A stretch of 64,000 nt of DNA from Spirochaetota bacterium (GTDB lineage Bacteria > Spirochaetota > UBA12135 > COTS27 > CAXSBA01): contig OZ245054.1 of NCBI GenBank assembly GCA_965224715.1, positions 160,354 to 224,353 of the forward strand, given 5' to 3'. Within the stretch, counting starts at the first letter, position 1. The number at the start of each line of letters is the position of its first letter. The notes below the pieces were generated by a model. The model saw only the letters and a program-made list of their open reading frames with translations, searched no databases and was not told the DNA's origin. The translations under genes and the position numbers were made by a program. Below, piece by piece: positions 50,338-59,911 of the stretch.

Positions 50338-52206
50338 TTAAGTTGTAGTAAAAATCTCGTTTAGATTTTTCCTCATTTTATTAAGAGACGATTTAAGCTC
50401 CGGATGCTTATGGAAATTTATTTTATTAAAATAACGTTCAAATTCTCGAAAGAGATAAGGTCTATCCAAATATTTAAGGTTCTTATATCCCTTGGACTTG
50501 GAATCGCAGGAATTAATAAGAAGGTCATGAATTTGAGATGCCTTTATATGATTGGGTCTCACCATAATTTCAGAAAATTTGTAAATCACCTTTTTTTGTT
50601 TGGAAAAACTCCATTTTCGTATTCGAGAGATATCGCGCTGATCAAGGTGAAGGCGACGATCAGTTCTTAAAATGAGATCTTTTTTATCTAAAAAACCGGG
50701 AAGGGTGAGGGAGAAACCCTCCCCGGATGGTTTTAAGGAAAGTCCGGCCTTGAGATTTTGTTTTTTTGGGGAAAACTCCCATGCCGGAATGAAATCTAAA
50801 AAAAGGTTTTGAAGAGAACCGGAAAGAAAAACCGACTTAACATTCTCAATATCTTTTTCGGTAGAAGTGATAGCAGTATCCACCATGAGGATAAATTCCA
50901 AATTTCGGTTCTGGGTATTATCCGCTTGACGCCCCCCACGATAACGAACATAAGAACGAGTAATAATCCCTACCTTTCCTTTTGTAGCCAAAATTTGGAT
51001 CATGTCTTCTAAAGGAATAATTCCTTCACTAGAATAGCTTACCAATATATATTTACTGTTAATATCATTTACTAAACGGGTGAACTCTTGGCAGGCGGTT
51101 TTTTGATAGCAGAATCCAGACTTGGTCTGAATCCAATCCTTACGAATGGCACTTTTATTTATCTTCTTACCCTCAATCCAAAAATCTCTATTCACCTGGG
51201 GACGATCATTACGGGCAATAGTGTTAAGAAGGTGATAATTAGAACCGTATTGATGTTGATTATAGGGGGGATCGAGGTAAGTAATTTCCACGGAAGTGTT
51301 TTTTAATAGTCGAGCTAACTCCAGAGCATCATAATGGGTAGCAATGCTATGATTGCTCTTATCAGAAAGCCGTGGACGTTCCAAAGCTACCGGAGCCAAT
51401 ATCCGGTTGAGAGCATCCTTTTTTTTCCCTCCAAAACCATAATGAAAGCCCTTAAATACCCCTGAAGTATTAGAACGTTTTGAACTTTGAATCAAGAGAA
51501 GAGCTAAAAGGATGTCTTTTTTCTTCTCCTCTTCTGGAGTATTCCCATAACGACTAATGATAGCAGAGCGAATATTATCGATAAGAATACCGTTACTATG
51601 AGTATAGAAAAGACGTTCGTATTTAGGGTTAGGGGTTTTATCATTTTTAGGACAATAATAACGAGAGATATAAGCATCTCCGAAAACTTCTGTTGTAAGA
51701 GAGTTGAGTTCTTCCAAAACCTTTTCGAGTCCCCCTTCATCTTCAAAGATGTTCAAATCTTTTTCGGAACATTCTAAAAATCCTCGATTGATACAATAAG
51801 AATAGTATTCCCAATCGTTAGCAATGACATTAAATCCCAAGGATTTCATAAGACGAGAAACCACCCCAGTTCCGGCAAAATAATCAACAAAAAGACCATC
51901 CCGATCAATCGGCTGACTTCCTGAAATTTCAACTTCCCTGACCCCAGCTATGATCAAATCCAAGAGACGACGTTTATTGCCAATATAGGCAATCAAATTT
52001 TTTTCGACATATTCCCTATCATAATAATAAGTATTTTTAGAAGTAGATTTCTTAAAATTTTTCTTGAGATATTTTGTCGGGGAGTTAGGTTTCCTGACTC
52101 TATAGCTTTTTTTCAGCCACTCTTCTAAACCGAATGAATGCTTTTTCTTAATATTTTTCGAGATCACAAGGGATCGTGATGTTTTTATATTTATGGGAAA
52201 AGACAA
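50338..52206 (-). CDS. Orphan DNA adenine methyltransferase (D12/FokI-like, alpha order)
   Basis: YIGNKRRLL, DYFAGTG (motif I), YLDPPY (motif IV), SYSSEG. Start uncertain. Confidence 0.88.
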   Translation of the reverse strand: MSFPINIKTSRSLVISKNIKKKHSFGLEEWLKKSYRVRKPNSPTKYLKKNFKKSTSKNTYYYDREYVEKNLIAYIGNKRRLLDLIIAGVREVEISGSQPIDRDGLFVDYFAGTGVVSRLMKSLGFNVIANDWEYYSYCINRGFLECSEKDLNIFEDEGGLEKVLEELNSLTTEVFGDAYISRYYCPKNDKTPNPKYERLFYTHSNGILIDNIRSAIISRYGNTPEEEKKKDILLALLLIQSSKRSNTSGVFKGFHYGFGGKKKDALNRILAPVALERPRLSDKSNHSIATHYDALELARLLKNTSVEITYLDPPYNQHQYGSNYHLLNTIARNDRPQVNRDFWIEGKKINKSAIRKDWIQTKSGFCYQKTACQEFTRLVNDINSKYILVSYSSEGIIPLEDMIQILATKGKVGIITRSYVRYRGGRQADNTQNRNLEFILMVDTAITSTEKDIENVKSVFLSGSLQNLFLDFIPAWEFSPKKQNLKAGLSLKPSGEGFSLTLPGFLDKKDLILRTDRRLHLDQRDISRIRKWSFSKQKKVIYKFSEIMVRPNHIKASQIHDLLINSCDSKSKGYKNLKYLDRPYLFREFERYFNKINFHKHPELKSSLNKMRKNLNEIFTTT

Positions 52207-52479
52207 TTTTTTCTCTTCTGTTAAATTTATTTAAACCAACTTTTTAATCTTTTTGAGAATCCAAAAATGTTTGATCAATACAAGTTTCGGTCAATCGTTG
52301 CCGAAGTCAAATAATTTATGAAAAAAAATGATAATCATTAATTTTTGGAAAAATGATTAAATTCGGACTTGAGCGTTTTTATAGCTTTTTTTTATTTTCA
52401 AAAAAATACTCAAGAAATCTGGAAACTGTCTCTAATTGGATGTTACAATTATAAATAAACTATTCAGAGAGGAAAATCT

Positions 52480-52941
52480 ATGTACGAAATTGCCTTAAAC
52501 CTACACTCTTATAACCGCTACTTTCTTTTAATATTTTTAAGTCTAGTATCCATCAATTCATTGGTGAAACTGATTAAGAAAAAGGAATTTAGCCAATTTG
52601 ATAATATTATGTCAGTCATTCTTCTTGTTTCAACTCATATCCAATTTCTCATAGGTATTTTCCTCTATATTGAAAGCCCCTTGGTGATTTTCAATAGCAG
52701 TATCATGAAAAATCCAGTTTTTCGTTATTGGACAGCTGAACACTTTTCTATAATGTTTATAGCAGTTATATTGATTACCTTAGGCCGAGTCAGGTCCAAG
52801 AGATCCCTTCGAAAAATACAATCCAGTGGAAATAATCAAGCCAGCAAGAAGCATATCCCGCATCGCATTGTTTTTATTACCCATATCTTGGCCTTAATTT
52901 TAATCTCAACCTCACTCTTCCAAATGTTACTAATACCCTGA
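52480..52941 (+). CDS. Four-TM membrane protein with conserved His residues (cytochrome b-like hypothetical)
   Basis: LHSYNRY, HIQFLIG and EHFSIM in TM helices, with an AGAGGA RBS. Confidence 0.7.
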   Translation: MYEIALNLHSYNRYFLLIFLSLVSINSLVKLIKKKEFSQFDNIMSVILLVSTHIQFLIGIFLYIESPLVIFNSSIMKNPVFRYWTAEHFSIMFIAVILITLGRVRSKRSLRKIQSSGNNQASKKHIPHRIVFITHILALILISTSLFQMLLIP

Positions 52942-53327
52942 TGAATCGTCATCGAATCCGTAAAAGTAAATTGGAGAAAGCCTTAATGCAGGCTCTGAAC
53001 CAGATCGTTCTTTTTGAAATGGATGATGAACGTCTTAAACGAGAGATGATTACCTTAACCCGAGTGGAGTTAAATGAGGATTTTTCTCAGGCCTCGTTTT
53101 TTTTCACTTCACATCATCCCGATAAAAAAAATAAAATTGTGAAAATATTTTATAGTAGTATTCCTTATTTTAGGTCCCTCCTAGCTCAAAAGGTGATGAT
53201 TAAGAATATTCCCCAACTAAAATTCTTTTATGACTACAATAAAGGAGAGGATGTTGCTGCTCTCATCGACCACCTTTCCATTCAATATCGTAAAGATAAG
53301 GAAAAAGCAGAATCTCAATTCGAATAA
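52941..53327 (+). CDS. rbfA: Ribosome-binding factor A
   Basis: ITLTRVELNEDFSQA, IPQLKFFYD. Confidence 0.85.
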   Translation: MNRHRIRKSKLEKALMQALNQIVLFEMDDERLKREMITLTRVELNEDFSQASFFFTSHHPDKKNKIVKIFYSSIPYFRSLLAQKVMIKNIPQLKFFYDYNKGEDVAALIDHLSIQYRKDKEKAESQFE

Positions 53328-53366
53328 TATACTCCAAAGCCCAAATATCGTTCAAAAAATTTGATC

Positions 53367-54479
53367 ATGAAGAAAGTCGGTTTTATCGGATGGCGGGGGA
53401 TGGTAGGTTCAGTTTTAATGGAACGTATCCTTATAGAAAAAGATTTTTCCCAAGAAGAATTTTCTCAGATTAGCCTTTTCACCACCTCGCAAAAAAGACA
53501 AACGATCTCCCTTTTTCCCCGTACTACCCATACCTTACAAGATGCTTATGACCTTAATTGTTTAAGCGAATGTGATATTCTAGTTTCCTGCCAAGGAGGT
53601 GACTACACTAAAAATATTCATCCTCGTTTACGTTCCCAAGGTTGGAAAGGCTATTGGATTGACGCGGCTTCTTCTTTAAGAATGGCCGAGGAGAGTATCA
53701 TGATTTTGGATCCGGTCAATCATGATATCATCGATAAAGGATTAAATCGTGGCATTAAAGATTTTATCGGTAGTAATTGTACCGTAAGTGTTCTGATTAT
53801 GGCAATAGCTGGTCTCTTTAAAGCTGAAGTCATTGAATGGATATCCAATATGACTTATCAGGCAGCTTCCGGAGCTGGATCGCAATCTATTCTTGAAATG
53901 ATAAAACAAATGGGGATTATCGGAGAGTTGGAGAAAGAAGTTAATGGTAAAGATATTCTCCATTTAGAAAAAGAAATTACCCACATCATGAATTCTTCTC
54001 AATTCCCTAAAAAAATATGGAAACAACCCCTGGCAGGGAATATCCTCCCCTGGGTAGATAGTGAAGTCGAAGGAGGGCAATCTCGGGAAGAATATAAGGG
54101 AATGGTAGAAGCTCATAAAATCCTAGGTGGCAAAAGAATTCCTATTGATGGAACTTGCGTCCGAGTGCCGGTTCTTCGTTGTCACAGCAAAGCTCTTACC
54201 ATTAAACTAAAGAAAAGCCTTTCCCTTGAAAAAATAGAAGGGTTGATCCGCTCTGCTCATCCTTGGATTAAATGGGTTCCCAATGATAAGGAAAGCACAT
54301 TAAAAGAATTGACTCCGGCAGCGGTTACCGGTTCTCTCAATATTGCTGTAGGGAGAGTACGTAAGTTAAACTTTAGTGGAGAATATCTCAATGTTTTTTG
54401 TATTGGAGATCAACTCCTCTGGGGAGCTGCTGAGCCCCTTAGACGCATGTTAATGATTCTTTTAGAAAAAAAATTATAA
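53367..54479 (+). CDS. asd: Aspartate-semialdehyde dehydrogenase (E. coli-type)
   Basis: VGFIGWRGMVGSVL, WIDAASSLRM, NCTVS, YQAASGAG, GDQLLWGAAEPL. Confidence 0.96.
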   Translation: MKKVGFIGWRGMVGSVLMERILIEKDFSQEEFSQISLFTTSQKRQTISLFPRTTHTLQDAYDLNCLSECDILVSCQGGDYTKNIHPRLRSQGWKGYWIDAASSLRMAEESIMILDPVNHDIIDKGLNRGIKDFIGSNCTVSVLIMAIAGLFKAEVIEWISNMTYQAASGAGSQSILEMIKQMGIIGELEKEVNGKDILHLEKEITHIMNSSQFPKKIWKQPLAGNILPWVDSEVEGGQSREEYKGMVEAHKILGGKRIPIDGTCVRVPVLRCHSKALTIKLKKSLSLEKIEGLIRSAHPWIKWVPNDKESTLKELTPAAVTGSLNIAVGRVRKLNFSGEYLNVFCIGDQLLWGAAEPLRRMLMILLEKKL

Positions 54480-54498
54480 TTTACAACAAGGAAATAGA

Positions 54499-55428
54499 AT
54501 GGCCGCACTCAACTATCATACTCTAGATCTCAATTTTCTGGGAATTCCTCAGAATATTGCTTGTTTTATTATCCCTCTCAAATCAAAAAAATGGGCTTTG
54601 GTCGATCCAGGCCCTTACAGTTGTCATAAAACCCTCTCCACCCAATTAACTAAATATGGGATCAACCTTAATGATATTGAGAAGGTTTTTATTACTCATA
54701 TTCATTTGGATCATTCCGGAGGTGCCTGGGCTTTAGCCGAAGCCGGAGCTCAAATACATGTCCATCCTCTAGGGGCTCCCCACCTTATCAACCCAACAAA
54801 ACTATATGAATCAGCCAAGAGAATTTACGGAGAGAAGATGGAAACTCTGTGGTCCAAAGTGGGATCCATATCAAGTGAAAAAGTTATCATTGCAAAAGAT
54901 GGTGAATCCTTAACCCTATCGGGACAAGACGGTGACATCCAAATAACCGCTCACTACACTCCTGGCCATGCCTCCCATCATATCTCCTGGCAGATGAACG
55001 ACATCCTTTTTGCTGGCGATATTTGTGGTGTTCGTCTGAACGAAAAAATGGTGGAAATCCCGGCTCCTCCTCCAGACTATCATATCGGACAGTGGTTAGA
55101 CTCCTTAACCAAGGTTCGTAGTTTAACCAAAAGCAAAGTAAAAAAAATCGCTATCACCCATTTCGGTTCCTATTCTGACCTTGATCGCTTTATTCAAGCA
55201 GTGGAAGCTCGACTTCATGAAATTACCGCTTGGTTTCGAGGACAGGTAAAAGATAGCCCGGCAGAAGAATGGAAAGTCAATACAGAAGATTACATCACTT
55301 TTCTAAAAAGTTATTATTTCTCTCAAGGAATGAATGACGATGAGATAGCCGCTATGTTTAACATCAATCCCCCCAATATGTCCGTCATCGGAATTCTTCG
55401 TTATTTAAAGAAATTTGAAAATCTGTAA
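54499..55428 (+). CDS. MBL-fold metallo-hydrolase
   Basis: THIHLDHSGG, TPGHASHH, FAGD, THFG. Confidence 0.9.
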   Translation: MAALNYHTLDLNFLGIPQNIACFIIPLKSKKWALVDPGPYSCHKTLSTQLTKYGINLNDIEKVFITHIHLDHSGGAWALAEAGAQIHVHPLGAPHLINPTKLYESAKRIYGEKMETLWSKVGSISSEKVIIAKDGESLTLSGQDGDIQITAHYTPGHASHHISWQMNDILFAGDICGVRLNEKMVEIPAPPPDYHIGQWLDSLTKVRSLTKSKVKKIAITHFGSYSDLDRFIQAVEARLHEITAWFRGQVKDSPAEEWKVNTEDYITFLKSYYFSQGMNDDEIAAMFNINPPNMSVIGILRYLKKFENL

Positions 55429-55623
55429 ACTTCCAAGAAAGTAGTCAATTGCCACCTGACCCCATGAAAAATAAACCATTGAGCTATTTGCTAATATATT
55501 TTTCAGTATGAACAAAATAGATTTTTGATTCTTACTTTACCATAAAAGCGATTTTTTTTTATTCTAAAGCTTATATTGTCAAATAGTACAACTTGCTTAT
55601 AATATTAAAAAATTTACTTATTT

Positions 55624-55995
55624 TTACCTATTAGATTTAGGGAGTGCGTTAGGGAGAGAACAAACTTTCCTTCCCCAAAACTTATAACGAGTAAAAACAA
55701 TGATTCGATAAACTCCTTCTATTATAAAATTGGGAAAGAGATTTAATATTCGACCCAATATGGGATAGGGAAATTTCATTTGAGAAATAAGATAAAGGAT
55801 TGCCTTTCTTCCAATGTAATACTCTTCATTCACTTGAATGACTATGGTATTTAATTTTCCAGTTATTGAAATAATCTCGGGATGTTCTTGAAGAAGGGCA
55901 AAGGAAACGTCTAGTGATTCACTCCGCCTAAGAAAGAAAAGGCTTAACTGACTACAGAGATTACATTCTCCATCAATATAGACAATAGTAGGCAT
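55624..55995 (-). CDS. DCC1-like thiol-disulfide oxidoreductase (DUF393)
   Basis: DGECNLC motif and RYKFWGRKVC. Start placed at ATG 55995. Confidence 0.85.
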   Translation of the reverse strand: MPTIVYIDGECNLCSQLSLFFLRRSESLDVSFALLQEHPEIISITGKLNTIVIQVNEEYYIGRKAILYLISQMKFPYPILGRILNLFPNFIIEGVYRIIVFTRYKFWGRKVCSLPNALPKSNR

Positions 55996-55996
55996 A

Positions 55997-58744
55997 TCAG
56001 TTTGAGGAATGGTCACTGGTTATTTTATCTTTTATTTTTTGCTGAAGTCCATGGAGGAATTGAGAGGTTTCTAGAGGAGAATGGATGCTGATATCAAAGT
56101 CCAGAATATCTTTTACCCAAGGAAATGTTTGTTGTTCAACACAGGATGGTTTCATTTTACCTTCTTTTACTTGACGATTCAAATCATTAGCATCTATTTG
56201 TTCTTGCTTAGCTTCCAAAGCTTTAAGGAGAGACTTTGCATGACTGACTACCTTTTCAGGGAGACCAGCCAATCGAGCCACCTGAATCCCATAAGATCGT
56301 GAGGTAATTCCTTTTACTACTTTTTTAAGAAAAACAATCTGATCCCCTTCCTCCCGGATAGTAACATGGTAATGGCTAATTCCTTCTTCACGAGTTAAAG
56401 AAATCAGTTCATGATAATGGGTAGCAAAAAGAGTCTTGGCCCTCTTATCGGGATCATGATTAATATATTCTAAAATACTCCAGGCCAAGGCTAAACCGTC
56501 ATAAGTGCTGGTCCCCCGGCCAATTTCATCCATGATCACTAAGCTCTTCGATGTCATTTGTTTAAGGATATGAGCGGTTTCTTGCATTTCCACTAGGAAA
56601 GTAGATTCCCCCTGAAATAAACGATCACCAGAGCCAATCCGGGTGAAGATTTGATCACATAATGGAACTTCAGCATAAGTTGCTGGAACAAAGGACCCAA
56701 GATGAGCTAGGATAACAATGATGGCATTCTGCCTAAGAAAAGTGGACTTTCCCGACATATTGGGCCCGGTGATAATCTGAACAATATCTTTCTTACTTCC
56801 AATAGATATATCATTAGGAATAAAAGGGTCGTCAATTTCTGCTTCCACCACAGGATGCCGACCTCCCTTTACATTGAGAATTCCTGATTCGGTGATCATC
56901 GGTCTTATCCAACGGCAAGTATTGGCCAGCTCAGCAAAGCCAGCAAACACATCCACCTGAGCAATGAAATAGGAAATTTTTTGAAACAATGGAACATATT
57001 TCATTAACTCTTCTCGTAAACGTTCAAAAATTTCCTTCTCCAACTCAATGGAATTATTTCGAGCTTCTCGAATCTCACTATCGAGCTTAAGAAGCTCTTC
57101 GCTAACAAAACGTTCAGCAGATACCAAACTCTGTTTGCGAATAAAATGAGCAGGGACTTTAGTTCCTCCACTCTTGCCGGTTTCAAAGAAATAACCAAGA
57201 TTATCATTATATTTGACCTTGAGACTGAAAATACCTGTTTTCTTTTTTTCCTTAACCTCCAATTCTGTAAGTAAACTTTCTGCCTGAGTTTTGATTATGA
57301 AATACTCTTTTAAACGAGGATGGGCATCTGGTTTGATAAAATCTCCCTTATTAATATCATTGTTAGGTTTATCATGGATCGTATCTTCGATTTTGATAGC
57401 AATATCATTAAGCCTTTCCATGACAATGACAACATTATTTTTTCCCGATGCCAAAGACTCTGAAAAGTCACCCATGGAGGGGAGAGCCCCAATCAGTGAT
57501 TCGGTCATAGAAGGATTCTTTTCATTCAAAGTACTGAGTAATTTATGTACCACAGCTATAGACAGTTTTAAAGAAACAAAGTCACGAGGAAAAACTCTTT
57601 TAAGGGCCAGACGTATGCTGATTCTCTCAATGTCCATGATATGAGACATCCACCCCCGTATTTCTTTAAGTAAGATTGGACTTTTAAAAAAAAAATCGGT
57701 ATTATCAAGACGACTATTGATGACCTTTCGATCCCGGCTAGGGAAAGCAAGATATTCTTGGAGTTTACGGGCTCCCATCATAGTCCGAGTATAGTCGATT
57801 ATCGAAAGAAGAGAATACTTTCGGCTATGATCAAAATTATTTTTAAATACCTCCAGATGAATCAAAGTTTGTTGATCCAAAGTTAGGAAAAGTTGAGGCT
57901 CCATAATCCGAGGAGGTTGGAGATAAGTGATAGGTTCACCATAATTTTCTTCAGCATAGATAAGGAGAAGATAAAGTCCACGATAAAGAAAATAATATAA
58001 AGAATCAGTTTCGATTTTTTCTACTTTCACTGAACTCTTTGAATAGACCAGATTGATCTTCTCCTTTACCAAATCTGAAGCAGGATCGAAAGCATAGTTT
58101 ATAATAAGATGAGGATAATCTCGAGTCAAGATTTTGACCAAATTACTATCACGGTAGTTTTCAGAGAGAACCACTTCCATGGGAAAATAACTTTCAAAAA
58201 ATCGTTTTAAAGAACGCATTAGGTCTCGTTTCTCAGCAATATTCTCAAAAATTACTTCTCCAGTAGTAGTTTCTAAAGCAATAATTCCTGCTGAATTGCT
58301 ATCATCCCAAAGATTGTCCATTCCGGCAAACAGATTATCTTCTCCAGGGAAATAGAAGTTGATGATAAAATTTTTCTCCTGAGCAGTTAGATTCATTTCA
58401 TCGATGGTTGTCCCTGGAGTGATAACCTGAGCAATTTTTCGATTAAAGAGTGAGCTACCGGGTTCGAGTTTTTCCTGTTCCACAACTACAATCTTTTTCC
58501 CCTGTGCAATAACCTTATGGGCATAGCGATGAAGTTGATGATGGGGAATACCGCACATTGGAATTTGATGTCTTTCGGTAAGAGTGATTTGCAGCATGGC
58601 GGAAATTTCGACAGCATCTTGGTCAAACATTTCATAAAAATCACCCAGACGAAAAAAAAGGTATTTGTCCGGATGACGATTTTTTATTTCATAGTACTGA
58701 CGCATCATTGGAGTCATTTTTTGGTTTTTGGTTTTTTTGTTCAT
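55997..58744 (-). CDS. mutS: DNA mismatch repair protein MutS
   Basis: TPMMRQY, GDFYEMF, TGPNMSGKST, STFLVEM, DEIGRGTST, ATHYHEL, SYGIQVA. Confidence 0.97.
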   Translation of the reverse strand: MNKKTKNQKMTPMMRQYYEIKNRHPDKYLFFRLGDFYEMFDQDAVEISAMLQITLTERHQIPMCGIPHHQLHRYAHKVIAQGKKIVVVEQEKLEPGSSLFNRKIAQVITPGTTIDEMNLTAQEKNFIINFYFPGEDNLFAGMDNLWDDSNSAGIIALETTTGEVIFENIAEKRDLMRSLKRFFESYFPMEVVLSENYRDSNLVKILTRDYPHLIINYAFDPASDLVKEKINLVYSKSSVKVEKIETDSLYYFLYRGLYLLLIYAEENYGEPITYLQPPRIMEPQLFLTLDQQTLIHLEVFKNNFDHSRKYSLLSIIDYTRTMMGARKLQEYLAFPSRDRKVINSRLDNTDFFFKSPILLKEIRGWMSHIMDIERISIRLALKRVFPRDFVSLKLSIAVVHKLLSTLNEKNPSMTESLIGALPSMGDFSESLASGKNNVVIVMERLNDIAIKIEDTIHDKPNNDINKGDFIKPDAHPRLKEYFIIKTQAESLLTELEVKEKKKTGIFSLKVKYNDNLGYFFETGKSGGTKVPAHFIRKQSLVSAERFVSEELLKLDSEIREARNNSIELEKEIFERLREELMKYVPLFQKISYFIAQVDVFAGFAELANTCRWIRPMITESGILNVKGGRHPVVEAEIDDPFIPNDISIGSKKDIVQIITGPNMSGKSTFLRQNAIIVILAHLGSFVPATYAEVPLCDQIFTRIGSGDRLFQGESTFLVEMQETAHILKQMTSKSLVIMDEIGRGTSTYDGLALAWSILEYINHDPDKRAKTLFATHYHELISLTREEGISHYHVTIREEGDQIVFLKKVVKGITSRSYGIQVARLAGLPEKVVSHAKSLLKALEAKQEQIDANDLNRQVKEGKMKPSCVEQQTFPWVKDILDFDISIHSPLETSQFLHGLQQKIKDKITSDHSSN

Positions 58745-58762
58745 AATTACTCCTATAAAATT

Positions 58763-59911
58763 TTAGACTTTAGCTGCCAAATAAACCCTTACTGGAGTGG
58801 GATACCCCTCAATGGTTTGAGAAGAGACTTCTCCTTTAAAATAGGCCTCCGAGTCCACCAATCCTTCAGCTAAACTGGTTCCTGGAGCTAAAGATGTGAC
58901 ACGTTGTTCTTCTTTTTGAAGGGAATATTTCCCCAAAATTTCTATATCCTTAAACCCAGTTCTCTTCAACCAGTTGATCAAGGCTGTGGAAGTAGGCAGA
59001 AACCAGAAATTTCGTTTGCCTGCATAACGTCCCTCTGGAAATAAAGCAAAGGGTTCCTCTCCAAGAACTCCTTGACAATCAATTAATATTCTTCCTCCTG
59101 GTTTTAAAGCTTTTGCTATTAATTCTAAAATGTTTAATGGATTGGAATGATGATAAAGTATCCCCAAACAGAGAATGACATTAAATTTTCTTGAGAAATA
59201 ACGGAGAAACTCATATCCTAAAAGAAGAAAAATTCCTTGATTATGAACTAGATGATGGGGAGAAAAGACAGATTGAAGGAGAAGATATTGAAGAAAATTG
59301 CGGTGAACCGGCTCAAAACCAATCACAGCCCGGGGCGTTAATTCGTTGAGGAACCGAAGGATGAAGTACCCGTTATTACATCCTAAGTCAGCTATCATCG
59401 ATTCCTCATTTATAAAACTGCGAAAATAAGGGAGAAGTCGATTCCATTTGATTGATGAATTCCATTCTGAATCGATAAGGTGTCCATTTAATCGATAGGG
59501 ACCTTTTCGCCAAGGAGATAGCTCTTCAATGAGTCTTCTCAATTCTTCATAATATTCTTTATTTTGTGACTCATGCCCCAATACCAAAACCTCCTCCATC
59601 CTGTCCTTTACTTTTTCAACAATAAATCTTTCTTTGTTATTCATCTCTGTAATAGATGATATTTTTGGCAAAGCCATGATTCGATCAAGGATTTTACGAT
59701 TCTGATTGAAGAAGCGAAAAACCTCTTGCCCCTGAGCTTCTCTCAAAATATAGTGATATCTTTGAGATAGAAATTTAGTAAGATTATTTAAATTGAGTAA
59801 CCTTTTAAAAGTCAATTTCTGATTGCTAAGAAATAAGCATGAATAAATATTTGTCCAAACAATCAATTTAGGGATTTTTCGATGCATTATCATAAAGGAT
59901 ATTATCTGCAC
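58763..59911 (-). CDS. cmoB: tRNA U34 carboxymethyltransferase CmoB-like (DUF1698)
   Basis: PWRKGPY, IDSEWNSSIKW, DLGCNNGYF, GILYH, RYA, TIEGYPTP. Start uncertain. Confidence 0.88.
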   Translation of the reverse strand: MQIISFMIMHRKIPKLIVWTNIYSCLFLSNQKLTFKRLLNLNNLTKFLSQRYHYILREAQGQEVFRFFNQNRKILDRIMALPKISSITEMNNKERFIVEKVKDRMEEVLVLGHESQNKEYYEELRRLIEELSPWRKGPYRLNGHLIDSEWNSSIKWNRLLPYFRSFINEESMIADLGCNNGYFILRFLNELTPRAVIGFEPVHRNFLQYLLLQSVFSPHHLVHNQGIFLLLGYEFLRYFSRKFNVILCLGILYHHSNPLNILELIAKALKPGGRILIDCQGVLGEEPFALFPEGRYAGKRNFWFLPTSTALINWLKRTGFKDIEILGKYSLQKEEQRVTSLAPGTSLAEGLVDSEAYFKGEVSSQTIEGYPTPVRVYLAAKV

